The notes beneath the pieces are model-generated. The model searched no databases. It worked only from the letters and a program-made list of their open reading frames with translations, and was not told the origin of the DNA. The translations under genes were made by a program, and so were the position numbers. Positions 38,714-48,326 of a stretch of 64,000 nucleotides of DNA are shown here, piece after piece. The first letter of the stretch is position 1. Every line of letters begins with the position of its first letter. The stretch covers positions 96,001-160,000 of the forward strand of contig JAXGZN010000002.1 of assembly GCA_040776945.1 (NCBI GenBank), written 5' to 3'. The stretch is from Methanomassiliicoccaceae archaeon. GTDB taxonomy: Archaea; Thermoplasmatota; Thermoplasmata; Methanomassiliicoccales; Methanomassiliicoccaceae.

Positions 38714-40027
38714 TCAGGAAGTGATGCGCTGCTCGACGAGCGGCTTTCCCTTGACCTGGGTCGCCTCGATCTCCGGGACCGGCCTCAACATCTCCGAGTT
38801 ACCCAGGACCTTGACGGTGAACCCCGCCCCGACCCACATATCATGGTCCAGGCAGTTTCTGGTATCGATCAGGTTCTTGTTGCGCATGGCAAGCTGGAGC
38901 GGGTTGATCGTTCTGAACACATCATGGTCGGTGACCAGGACAACGCAGTCGCTGTTGGATGTGGCCTCGTTGAGGGTCTCCAGTTCTTTCTCGAAGTGCT
39001 TGACCAGAGGATCATGGCACCTGACATGGATGCCTTCGTTCTCCGCCAGCTTGATTATGCGATGCGCAGGCGTCTCGCGCGCGTCGGACACATTGCCCTT
39101 GTAGGCCACTCCCAATATGGTAACGATGGGATTTTCTATGTCCTTGGTAGCGGACTTGATCATCCGGACGACATGGTTCGGCATGTAGTCGTTGACATCC
39201 CTGGCGGACTTGATGAGCTGGCAGGACATCGAGTTGTCGGTGAGGAACCAAGGGTCGATGGCTATGCAGTGCCCGCCCACCCCCGGACCGGGCTTGGCGA
39301 TGTTCACCCTGGGATGCTTGTTGGCGAGCTCCCTGGCCTCCCAGATGTTGATGCCATTGTCCTCGGCGATCTTGGCGAACTCGTTGGCCAGCGCGATGTT
39401 GATGTCCCTGTAGGTGTTCTCGATGAGCTTGATGAACTCCGCGGTGTTCAGATCGGTCAGGTGAAGGGTCCCCCGCACGAAGGAAGCATAGAGCTCCTTG
39501 GCCTTCGAGGCGGACTGCCACTCCTTGCCACCAATGATCCGGTCGTTGTGCGTCATCTCATAGATGACGTTGCCGGGGATGGCCCTCTCCGAGCAATAGG
39601 CAGCGTAGAACTGGTCCGGGCCCAGGCCGCTGCTCTTGAGGATCGGCACCACCAGCTTGGCGGTCGTTCCCGGCGGTACTGTGGACTCAAGAACGACCAG
39701 GTTGCCCTCTCTTAGCTTGGAGGCCACCATGGTCGCTGCGCTCTTCACGTATTCCAGGCTGGCGACGTGCATGTCCTTCTGCAGCGGGGTAGGCACGCAA
39801 ATGATGAACGCGTCAGCATAGGGCACCTCGGTCTGAGCATGAAATCGCCCGGACGCCCTCCGGTAAAGGTTGAGCATCAAGGGCTCTTCGTCAGATATGG
39901 ACCCTCTGTTCAATCTATCCACGACCGCCTCATTGACATCGACGCCGATCACTTCATGACCGGCGTCCGCGAGCAATAATGCTGTAGGGAACCCTATGTA
40001 GCCTAGTCCCAGTACGCAAATTTTCAT
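38714..40027 (-). CDS. UDP-N-acetyl-D-mannosamine dehydrogenase family nucleotide-sugar dehydrogenase
   Basis: GLGYIG, ESTVPPGTT, KLIENTYRDINIA, PGPGVGGHCI, AYKGN..D.RE. Confidence 0.92.
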   Translation of the reverse strand: MKICVLGLGYIGFPTALLLADAGHEVIGVDVNEAVVDRLNRGSISDEEPLMLNLYRRASGRFHAQTEVPYADAFIICVPTPLQKDMHVASLEYVKSAATMVASKLREGNLVVLESTVPPGTTAKLVVPILKSSGLGPDQFYAAYCSERAIPGNVIYEMTHNDRIIGGKEWQSASKAKELYASFVRGTLHLTDLNTAEFIKLIENTYRDINIALANEFAKIAEDNGINIWEARELANKHPRVNIAKPGPGVGGHCIAIDPWFLTDNSMSCQLIKSARDVNDYMPNHVVRMIKSATKDIENPIVTILGVAYKGNVSDARETPAHRIIKLAENEGIHVRCHDPLVKHFEKELETLNEATSNSDCVVLVTDHDVFRTINPLQLAMRNKNLIDTRNCLDHDMWVGAGFTVKVLGNSEMLRPVPEIEATQVKGKPLVEQRITS

Positions 40028-40219
40028 TGTAACCCCCCTCGATCTAGTTTGTTCGATCTACCGACTGCATTTTCGACTGTTGTGAACGTTTTTTCTCTAA
40101 TCGGTTTGCCCCAACGGATCCTATTTCACTTAGATGGCGTTTGTATCACTGCGTATATATTATTTTTGCATATATTCGATGCCTTTGAGCCCATAGCGCG
40201 GGCTCGAGGCATCCTTTCA

Positions 40220-41200
40220 TCACCTCTCGATAGCCTCTGCTCTGATCACCTCCATCTTGGCCCCTCCCTCGATGTTTGGCCGGGCCCCAACCTGTCCTCT
40301 GATTATCTTTGAAAGGGAGGTCAATGATAGGCCTGCGATGACCATGAGCGCACCTAGGTTGACCAAGGTCTGGGCCATTGCCGATGATAGTGCCCAGGAC
40401 CAACCGAACGGGACCACGCCGGCAAGTATGGCCATTGCCAGCGTGAGCCCGGTAGCGCCCATGATCGTTCCGGGAACGCCGAAGAACAGGAGCGGTCTTC
40501 TCTGCCCGATCTCGGCGACCAGGCTGTTGATGAGGCCGAACCCCATCGATATCGGGTTCTTCTTGTGCTTGTTCGGCACGTCATAGCTTACGTCTATCGG
40601 CACCTCCGTTATCCGAAGGCCACGAGAGACGAAGTGCATGATCATGGCGGACTCGATGCTATAGCCGGACGACCTGAAGTCCATGTTCTGGACCCCCTTC
40701 CGGTTCATGGCCCTGAACCCGGACTGGGTATCGGATATCTTTTTTCCGGCCCCCAGGTTGGTGAAGCGGTCTAGCACCTTCTGCCCCAGCCGGCGGTAGG
40801 CGGGGACCTTGGCGCCGCCCTTGATGAACCGCGAGCCGATCACCAGGTCCGCCTCATCGGTCAGGATGGGGGCGATCACCCGGGGAAGGTCCTCCGGATA
40901 GTGCTGGCCATCGGCATCCATCATCACCACTACCGTGTAGTCCACATTCTCCAATTCAGCGAATCCCCGCATGACCGCGGCTGCCTTGCCTCCGTTGGCG
41001 GCCATCCTGAGCACCCTGGCTCCTGCCATCAAAGCGGTCTCCGATGTTCGGTCGGCAGAGCCGTCGTCCACCACGATCACGGTGTCCGAGAACATTCTGG
41101 CCCGCAGCACCACCGACCCGATGGTCAGTTCCTCATTGTACGCGGGAATGATGACCGCGATCTCTGAGGACAGCGGAAACCTTCCATCGTTCGTATACAT
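40220..41200 (-). CDS. GT2 (DPM1-like) glycosyltransferase with C-terminal TMs
   Basis: IPAYNEE, VDDGS, DADGQH, DTQSGFRA. Confidence 0.92.
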   Translation of the reverse strand: MYTNDGRFPLSSEIAVIIPAYNEELTIGSVVLRARMFSDTVIVVDDGSADRTSETALMAGARVLRMAANGGKAAAVMRGFAELENVDYTVVVMMDADGQHYPEDLPRVIAPILTDEADLVIGSRFIKGGAKVPAYRRLGQKVLDRFTNLGAGKKISDTQSGFRAMNRKGVQNMDFRSSGYSIESAMIMHFVSRGLRITEVPIDVSYDVPNKHKKNPISMGFGLINSLVAEIGQRRPLLFFGVPGTIMGATGLTLAMAILAGVVPFGWSWALSSAMAQTLVNLGALMVIAGLSLTSLSKIIRGQVGARPNIEGGAKMEVIRAEAIER

Positions 41201-41403
41201 TCCTTGTTTGGCCCCCCTTCGCCCGGCACATTTCCTATCGCTTGCCTAGGCGAAAATATGTTTTAGAGCGTCATATATATATTAATTTCCATAATACTCA
41301 TAATGACGTCCCCTCCAAGATCGAGATGGAGACATCGTCCCTCCACCATGCCCCGTTCCTGATAAGATATTATCATCACACCGATATTTTACGAGGAAGG
41401 TTT

Positions 41404-42351
41404 ATGTCCGGCCTACCGATAGTGCATCGAATGGCGCGAGAGGTGGTGCCCTTCGGCCTGGGGGAGGGAAAGGCCCGACCCAAGCTGAAGGCGGTGGGCA
41501 TTGGTGGAGCTGGCTGCAATACCATAGCCAGCTGTGAATTCGATGCCATCGCCCTGGGCGAGCGACGCGGCCCTCCGATGTCGCGCCCCCATCATCGAAA
41601 GGTCGCGCTGAGCGAGGAGGGCGTCAGGTTCGTGCGCTCGATATCCCCCGAACTTCTGAGCGCGGCGGACAGCGAGACGGTGAGGGGTCTAAGGGAGGCT
41701 CTCGGAGAGAGCGACATGGTGTTCCTGTTCACAGGACTGGGCGGGGAGACCGGATCGCACCTGACCCCTGGGATGGCCCATTTTGCCCGGCGCTGCAGCA
41801 ACCTGGTAGTGGTCTCAGCGGCCCTGCCATTCTCGGTGGAGGGCACAGGGAGGAAGGAGACAGCGAAGACCTCGCTCCCCGCCATCATGCAGGCCGCGCA
41901 CGCCACAATAACATATCCCAACGACGGCCTGCTCAAGCTCGCTCCGAACCTTCCGCTGCGCCAAGCGTTCAAGGTGATGGACAGCATAATGATGTTCCCT
42001 GCCGCCGAACTTGCCCAGGTGATCACCAGGGAGGACCTGCTGGCCTTAAGGGAGGACCTCCCCATGGTCCGCGAGTTCCGGCTTGGGGTGGGTGAGGGCA
42101 GAGGACTGAACCGAGAGGCTCAGGTGGTGGCCGATGCGTTCACCTCGCCGTGGTTCGACCGGCCTCTGGACAATGTTGCACTGGCCATCGTGGTGCTCAT
42201 CGGCCGCGAGATCGACCAATATGCTATGGGCAATGTGCTCGACGGCGTTCTCTTCCGCATCCCCAACGCCAAGGTCTGGTACGGAGGGCGCTCGGATCCA
42301 GAGATGAACGAGGGGCTGCGGCTGATGCTACTTCTCGGCTTCGCTCCCTGA
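41404..42351 (+). CDS. Divergent FtsZ/tubulin-family protein
   Basis: VGIGGAGCN, GLGGETGS, PFSVEG..R and PND motifs. No T7 NxDxAD loop. Start uncertain. Confidence 0.82.
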   Translation: MSGLPIVHRMAREVVPFGLGEGKARPKLKAVGIGGAGCNTIASCEFDAIALGERRGPPMSRPHHRKVALSEEGVRFVRSISPELLSAADSETVRGLREALGESDMVFLFTGLGGETGSHLTPGMAHFARRCSNLVVVSAALPFSVEGTGRKETAKTSLPAIMQAAHATITYPNDGLLKLAPNLPLRQAFKVMDSIMMFPAAELAQVITREDLLALREDLPMVREFRLGVGEGRGLNREAQVVADAFTSPWFDRPLDNVALAIVVLIGREIDQYAMGNVLDGVLFRIPNAKVWYGGRSDPEMNEGLRLMLLLGFAP

Positions 42352-43146
42352 ACCTCCTTCATCAAGGATCTCCGTCGGGGCGTTGGCCAGGGCCACCAGG
42401 GCACGGGCCTCCATGAAGTGAAGCTGTCCTGGCATGACCATGCAGTGCAGCGGAGGGCCGAGATCGACGTTCAAGATCTCATCAGGGTAGCCGGCGAACA
42501 GGGCCTGCCGTTCCGAGCCGACCCGGGCCGCGGCGCAGAACAGGGAACGCTCGTTCACCAGTCCAAGGGCCAGGCGCTCCTCCGCGTCCAGAAGCCACCT
42601 CATGGCCATTGGTGCGGTCATGTAGCGGTCCTCCTCCTGCTTGATGTCCAGGAGGATCAGGGTATGCAGCCCCCGGGACCGGTTCTCCAAGATGTTCTCG
42701 TAGGGGGAGGACGGCAGGAACCGGGGCTCGGGGAAGGGGATGGTCACCGTCCGACCGAACTTGTATGGCTGAAGGCCAAAGGCGGCGGGACAGGAAATGA
42801 AGATGGACACCCCGTTTATCATGTCGGTGCGAATGCCCTCCCTCATCGCCCTCAACCTCAGGTCCACGTGCGTAGTGGCGGTCATGGGGTCCCCTGCGGA
42901 GATGAACGCGACCTTCTTTCTTTTCGCAGCGGAAACGATGATGTCCTTCTCCTCCACGTCCGCTCTCCCCAGCACCGTCAACTTCTTACCGATGAACGCC
43001 TCGATGTCCTTGGTCTGCGCGTCGTTGAGCTTGGATGTATAGAACTCTGCGAAGATCTCATCGCAGTTACGGAGGGTCGTGAGGGCCCTCACGCTCATAT
43101 CTTCCGGCCTGGACATCCCTAAACCGACAAATATCAATTCACCCAT
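42328..43146 (-). CDS. dph5: Diphthine synthase
   Basis: LIFVGLG, GDPMTATTH, YKFGRTVTI, GLHTLILLDI, GPPLH. Confidence 0.95.
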   Translation of the reverse strand: MGELIFVGLGMSRPEDMSVRALTTLRNCDEIFAEFYTSKLNDAQTKDIEAFIGKKLTVLGRADVEEKDIIVSAAKRKKVAFISAGDPMTATTHVDLRLRAMREGIRTDMINGVSIFISCPAAFGLQPYKFGRTVTIPFPEPRFLPSSPYENILENRSRGLHTLILLDIKQEEDRYMTAPMAMRWLLDAEERLALGLVNERSLFCAAARVGSERQALFAGYPDEILNVDLGPPLHCMVMPGQLHFMEARALVALANAPTEILDEGGSGSEAEK

Positions 43147-43156
43147 TGGCAACACC

Positions 43157-44176
43157 GTGCGCACCATTTGTCTGAAGGTACCTAGGGGGGAAGCTGAGTC
43201 CGTCCGTAAAAAGCTTTTATCGCTTGGTCTGCTGGACATCTCTCATAGGATATCGAGGGATGGGGAATACATACTCCTTCCATTGAGAGGCGCCCAGTCC
43301 CCGGACATGGGATACAAGGCGGTGGAGCTGGACCTCGAGGACCGGGCGCTGAGGGAGACCGACTATCGGTCCCTCATCGATGGGCCGCCGGAGATGCGCG
43401 ATCGGCTGCCTGTTTCCTTCGATGTCATCGGCGACGTGGCCATCGTCCGCATCGATGATGACCTGCTGCCTATGGCCTCAGAGATCGGGACGGCGCTCAT
43501 GAGGACCCACCCCCGGCTGAGGACGGTGGCCCTGGACCGCGGGGTCAAAGGCGACCTCAGGGTCCGTGACCTCGAGATCATCGCCGGAGAGCCTCGGACG
43601 GAGACGGTCCATACCGAGTATGGCATCCGGCTGAAGATCGATCCGGCCAAGGTGTACTTCAACCCCCGGCTCTCGAACGAAAGGCGCCGCATCGCCTCTT
43701 TGGTTCGGGAGGGCGAGAAGGTGATCGACATGTTCGCCGGGGTAGGCCCTTTCTCCATAATGATCGCCAAGCACGCGCGGCCCGAGATGGTCTACGCCAT
43801 GGACCTCAACCACGATGCGGTCGAGTACATGAAGGAGAACATCCGCATGAACAAGGTGTCCACAGTGATACCTATCGAGGGCGACTCCCGACAACTGGTG
43901 TTCGAAGTGCCCTGCGCGGACCGGATAATCATGAACCTTCCCCATTCCGGGAGGGAGTTCTTCCACGATGCCCTGACCAGGCTGAAGCTCGGGGGCATCA
44001 TCCACTTTTATACGATATGTGAGAGAGAGGACATAGATGCGGTCCTCCAGCGGCTGGTCGTCGAGGCCGCGGGGATGGGGGTGCTCATAGCCGTTCTCCA
44101 CCAGGAGGAGCTGAAGACATACTCACCTTCGATGAGCGTCTTCGCCGCGGACATCGGGCTTGTTGATTGGTGCTAG
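43157..44176 (+). CDS. trm5: tRNA (guanine37-N1) methyltransferase Trm5/Met-10+ family
   Basis: SFDVIGDVAI, VYFNPRL..ER, DMFAGVGPF, RIIMNLP. Start GTG 43157. Confidence 0.88.
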   Translation: MRTICLKVPRGEAESVRKKLLSLGLLDISHRISRDGEYILLPLRGAQSPDMGYKAVELDLEDRALRETDYRSLIDGPPEMRDRLPVSFDVIGDVAIVRIDDDLLPMASEIGTALMRTHPRLRTVALDRGVKGDLRVRDLEIIAGEPRTETVHTEYGIRLKIDPAKVYFNPRLSNERRRIASLVREGEKVIDMFAGVGPFSIMIAKHARPEMVYAMDLNHDAVEYMKENIRMNKVSTVIPIEGDSRQLVFEVPCADRIIMNLPHSGREFFHDALTRLKLGGIIHFYTICEREDIDAVLQRLVVEAAGMGVLIAVLHQEELKTYSPSMSVFAADIGLVDWC

Positions 44177-44641
44177 CGTCACCCCGCTCTGCCCCTGGTA
44201 ATTGCCGCTACGCTTACCATAGGTCAACCGGGCGGGGGAAGCGAGGGTCTCGAAGACGATCTGCACGAAGCGGTCACCGACCTTGAGCTCGACGGGAGCG
44301 TCGGAAACGTTCGTTCCCATGAAGGTGAGGGTGCCATGGAACCCCGCATCCACCTTGCCCAGTCCGGCAAGGACGCCTTTCCTGACCCAAGTGGTCCGCA
44401 GCCATAGCTGGGCGCACAAGGAGGACGGCAGCTCCACCCTCTCCAGGGTGGAGACGAAGAACATCTTCCCCGGGGGGATGATGGCCGATCCCTCCCTCGT
44501 CATCCCCTCGCCGGGGATGGACAGTTCGGCGATGCGCAGATCGTACCCGTTGGGAGTGAGCGACGCCTCGGAGAAATTCTCTATCCTCAGCTCTCCCCTC
44601 TCCAGCCGGGCCATGATCTCGTGGTCAGGTAGGACGCACAT
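44123..44641 (-). CDS. dcd: dCTP deaminase
   Basis: PNGYDLR, LRTTWVRKG, VDAGFHGTLT, QIVF, YQGQ. Confidence 0.9.
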   Translation of the reverse strand: MCVLPDHEIMARLERGELRIENFSEASLTPNGYDLRIAELSIPGEGMTREGSAIIPPGKMFFVSTLERVELPSSLCAQLWLRTTWVRKGVLAGLGKVDAGFHGTLTFMGTNVSDAPVELKVGDRFVQIVFETLASPARLTYGKRSGNYQGQSGVTLAPINKPDVRGEDAHRR

Positions 44642-44936
44642 GGTCCCGCATCGCCATGCCAGATAAAAAGACTGGCCGTGCTCGAGAATATGCGTTTCAG
44701 GGTGCTCGGTATCATCGATGGTAACGGTCCCGGTCCAGTTAAATAATAAGTGAACGCTGATAGAAATAGCGGGGGAGAATTCCCATCCACTGCCGCCGTG
44801 CAGCTGTTTCCTCCTAATGGCTCCCCCGTTCTCTACCTTCTGGCCGTTTTTTCAGGGAGCATGCTCTTGCCCGCTTGCCAGTTGGACAGCCTCATATATT
44901 CGGTCCGTGTTACGGTGAGGCACATAGGCGATCCAA

Positions 44937-46004
44937 TTGAGATTCGATACCCGTAAGGTTGTTGCGAGCAAGATAGGCACGGTCGACTTCGATCATCTGA
45001 GCTTCGGGGAGATATTCTCCGACCACATGTTCCGGATGGACTACGCCGATGGAGGATGGCAGGAACCTCGCATCCTTCCCTTCGGCAAGATCGAGATATT
45101 GCCTTCCTTGTCCACCCTGCACTACGGGCAGAGCGTGTTCGAGGGCCTGAAGGCATTCCACTCCGTGAACGGCGGGATCAACATCTTCCGTCCGGAGATG
45201 CACGCCGAGAGGATGCACCATTCCTCAGACCGCCTGTGCATACCCCGCGTGGACAAACGGATGTTCCTGGACGCGGTGGAGGAACTGGTCCGTCTGGACC
45301 ATGAGTGGGTCCCCACCAAGAAGGGGACCTCTCTGTACATACGGCCGTTCACCTTCGCCACTGAGGACTACATCGGGGTCAGGGTCTCGGAGAAGTACAG
45401 CTTCTATGTGATAACCGGGCCGGTCGGGGCGTACTACAAGGAAGGCTTCAACCCAGTGTCCCTTATGACCTCAGGGGAGTTCGTCCGCGCGGTGCGGGGC
45501 GGCCTGGGGGAGGCGAAGACAGCGGCGAACTATGCCGCGTCCCTGCTCCCGGCCTACGAGGCCAAGAAGAAGGGCTTCGCCCAGGTGCTATGGCTGGACG
45601 CCATCGAGGAAAGGTACATCGATGAAGTGGGCACCATGAACATATGCTTCGTCAAGGACGGCGTCCTGATAACCCCTCCCCTTCAGGGAACGATCCTGCC
45701 CGGGGTCACCAGGGACAGCGTGCTGCACCTCGCTCGCCACTGGGGCATCAAGATAGAGGAACGGCGCATCTCCATCGACGAGGTAATGTCGTCCATAAGG
45801 GACGGGAGCATGACCGAGGTCTTCGGTACCGGTACGGCGGCGGTGATCTCTCCGGTAGGCGAGATATATCACAAGGGAGAGACGGCCATCGTCAACGAGA
45901 ACCGGACCGGGCCATTGGCCCAGAGGCTCTTCGACGAGATCACCGGCATTCAGTCCGGCGAGCGGCCCGATCCCTTCGGCTGGGTCCGCCGCGTAGACCT
46001 TTGA
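44937..46004 (+). CDS. ilvE: Branched-chain amino acid aminotransferase
   Basis: LHYGQSVFEGLKA, LYIRP, AKTAANY, EVGTMN, ILPGVTR, GTGTAAVISP. TTG start. Confidence 0.95.
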   Translation: MRFDTRKVVASKIGTVDFDHLSFGEIFSDHMFRMDYADGGWQEPRILPFGKIEILPSLSTLHYGQSVFEGLKAFHSVNGGINIFRPEMHAERMHHSSDRLCIPRVDKRMFLDAVEELVRLDHEWVPTKKGTSLYIRPFTFATEDYIGVRVSEKYSFYVITGPVGAYYKEGFNPVSLMTSGEFVRAVRGGLGEAKTAANYAASLLPAYEAKKKGFAQVLWLDAIEERYIDEVGTMNICFVKDGVLITPPLQGTILPGVTRDSVLHLARHWGIKIEERRISIDEVMSSIRDGSMTEVFGTGTAAVISPVGEIYHKGETAIVNENRTGPLAQRLFDEITGIQSGERPDPFGWVRRVDL

Positions 46005-46131
46005 AACGCCTTACCATCACATTTTTTGCGGACAGATGCATCCAATTCCAGGAAAGGTTAAATTGATTGTCCAACATTCGGTGTTAGTTGGATGATATAT
46101 CCAATATAATCTGATTAACTGGAGGATAGCA

Positions 46132-47259
46132 ATGGACGCAGGGAAGACGAAGATAGCAGCCATCGCCCTTGTGGCGGTGCTGGCAGTGGCCGCCGTGGCG
46201 GCCGTACTCATGCTGAGCGATAAGGGCAAAGGTCCCGGCGATGGGGGCAATGGAGCGCCGTTCAACGTTTCGATCATCGATGCCTCGGGGACCAACGTTA
46301 CGATAACCGAGGCGCCTCGCAGGATAGTGTCAGGGGCTCCCATGATATCTGAGATGGTGGCAGCCCTTGGCCTGACCGACAGGCTGATGGCCGTGACCGA
46401 CTATTGTGATTTCCCCGCGGCGATCACTGCGCTCAGGGACAACGGCAGCACGATCGGGGGCTTCTTCAATCCCAGCTATGAGAAGGTCATATCCTTCAAT
46501 CCGGACCTGATCATCTTGGACAGCGGCGTGCAGGCCCAGACGGATATGGCGGCACAGCTCCGCGGCGCAGGCTACACGGTGATACTCCTCTACCCCGCAT
46601 CCGACCTGGAATCGGTGTACAAGAACATCGGCATGGTGGGAAACGCCACCGGCACGCAGGACATAGGAGGGCCCATGGTCAGCAGGATGAAGGCCCAGGT
46701 GGAGGACATCGCGAACGCGGTGGCCTCCGAGAGCCAACCTAACATCATGTTCGTGACCTACGCAGATGAAGGCTTCACCAACGTGTGGCCCGCGGGAGGA
46801 ACCACATCCATAGGCGAGATAATCGATCTGGCCGGAGGAAAAAATGTCTTTGAGAGCATGAGCGGCTATGAGATGGCATCCAACGAGGTGCTGATGGACA
46901 AGTCGTCGACCGTGGACGTGATAATCATGACCGTGATGTACTCTCCTGAGACTCCGGAGAACAAGAGCGCCTGGTTCAAGGCGGACCCAATATGGAAGGA
47001 GAGCCCTGCGGTAAAGAATAATAAGGTATACTACTTGACGGGGCAGGCCGAGAACATCTTCAACCGTGAATCGGTGAGGACAGTCGACGCGGTCCAGCTG
47101 CTGGCCGAGATACTGCACCCCGATGCCTTCGCATCGAAGGTCCCGTACTCGGCCGATGCGATAAACCTGATCGGGGACGAGTACACCGACTACCTCCCCT
47201 CCGGGACCGCCTCCCAGGTCGGCTCCGTCACCATTATGGCGGCAGTGGCTCGGGACTAG
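46132..47259 (+). CDS. Corrinoid ABC transporter substrate-binding protein (BtuF-like)
   Basis: N-terminal anchor, PRRIVS, AGGKN, PAVKNNKVY. First gene of the cobamide salvage operon. Confidence 0.85.
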   Translation: MDAGKTKIAAIALVAVLAVAAVAAVLMLSDKGKGPGDGGNGAPFNVSIIDASGTNVTITEAPRRIVSGAPMISEMVAALGLTDRLMAVTDYCDFPAAITALRDNGSTIGGFFNPSYEKVISFNPDLIILDSGVQAQTDMAAQLRGAGYTVILLYPASDLESVYKNIGMVGNATGTQDIGGPMVSRMKAQVEDIANAVASESQPNIMFVTYADEGFTNVWPAGGTTSIGEIIDLAGGKNVFESMSGYEMASNEVLMDKSSTVDVIIMTVMYSPETPENKSAWFKADPIWKESPAVKNNKVYYLTGQAENIFNRESVRTVDAVQLLAEILHPDAFASKVPYSADAINLIGDEYTDYLPSGTASQVGSVTIMAAVARD

Positions 47260-47279
47260 GCGCTCCGGGGATAGAGAAT

Positions 47280-48326
47280 ATGGAAGGCTCGTTCGTCCAG
47301 GCGACAAAGGTCAAGCTGATCTTAGTCCTGGCCATCGGCCTTTCGACCCTTTTCTTTCTTCTTCTCATCTCCTGGTCGGTGGGAGCGGTGGACATTTCCT
47401 TCACCGCGGTGCTTGACGACCTGGGGAGCATAATTACGAACTTCGGGCCGCAGAGCGCGAACGCTGAGCAGCAGATCGTGTGGTCGCGGCTCGTACGCTC
47501 GGTGGCGGTCGTCGGCGTAGGCATCGGCCTCTCGGTTTCCGGCGTGATCATGCAGGCGCTGATCCGGAACCCGTTGGTGGACCCGTACATCACCGGCGTT
47601 TCCTCAGGCGCGGCCCTGGGGGCCATCCTCTCGATCCTCGCAGGGATATCCATCATCACCATCTCCGAGTTCACCACTCCCATAGCGGCCCTCATCGGCG
47701 CGGTCGGCGCGTTCGCCTTGACCATGGCCTTGGCGACCTCGGCGGGAGGAAAATCGATCAATTTCGTGCTGAGCGGTATGATCGTGGGGATCGCCATATC
47801 ATCGATCACCACCCTGCTCATCACCTCCAGTCAGAACAACCGCCTGCACGGCGCGCTGTTCTGGCTCTATGGCTCTTTCGCCTACATGTCATGGACCAAG
47901 GCGCTGCTGATCATCATTCCGGTGTTGATGATCTCCATTGTCCTGCTCATGTTCGCCAGGGAGCTGAACGTTATCCTTCTGGGCGATGAGCACGCCAAGC
48001 ACCTGGGCCTGAACGTCCGGAGCTTCAAGCGCACCATAACCACTCTTGTTTCAGTGCTTACGGCCGTATCGGTCGCGTTCTGCGGCATCATCGGTTTCCT
48101 CGGGCTCATCGTCCCCCACACCTCTAGACTGGTGGTCGGGGGGGACCACCGCCTCTTGCTTCCAACATCCATTGTTATGGGGGCGATAGCACTGGTCGCT
48201 GCGGACATAGTCGCCCGCGTGATCATAAGGCCGAACGAGCTTCCCATAGGTGCGGTGGTGTCCCTGGTCGGAGCGCCGTTCTTCATCTATCTGATGATCA
48301 GGAGGGGGAAGGAATATGGAGGATGA
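47280..48326 (+). CDS. Corrinoid ABC transporter permease (BtuC/FecCD family)
   Basis: RNPLVDPYITGVSSGA, GDEHAKHLG, GIIGFLGLIVPH, ELPIG. Confidence 0.9.
   Translation: MEGSFVQATKVKLILVLAIGLSTLFFLLLISWSVGAVDISFTAVLDDLGSIITNFGPQSANAEQQIVWSRLVRSVAVVGVGIGLSVSGVIMQALIRNPLVDPYITGVSSGAALGAILSILAGISIITISEFTTPIAALIGAVGAFALTMALATSAGGKSINFVLSGMIVGIAISSITTLLITSSQNNRLHGALFWLYGSFAYMSWTKALLIIIPVLMISIVLLMFARELNVILLGDEHAKHLGLNVRSFKRTITTLVSVLTAVSVAFCGIIGFLGLIVPHTSRLVVGGDHRLLLPTSIVMGAIALVAADIVARVIIRPNELPIGAVVSLVGAPFFIYLMIRRGKEYGG

Noticed and set aside
44642-44810. CTG-initiated in-frame extension of dcd behind AGGAGG
   Set aside because: The extension is not protein-like and dcd has a normal ATG at its family N-terminus.
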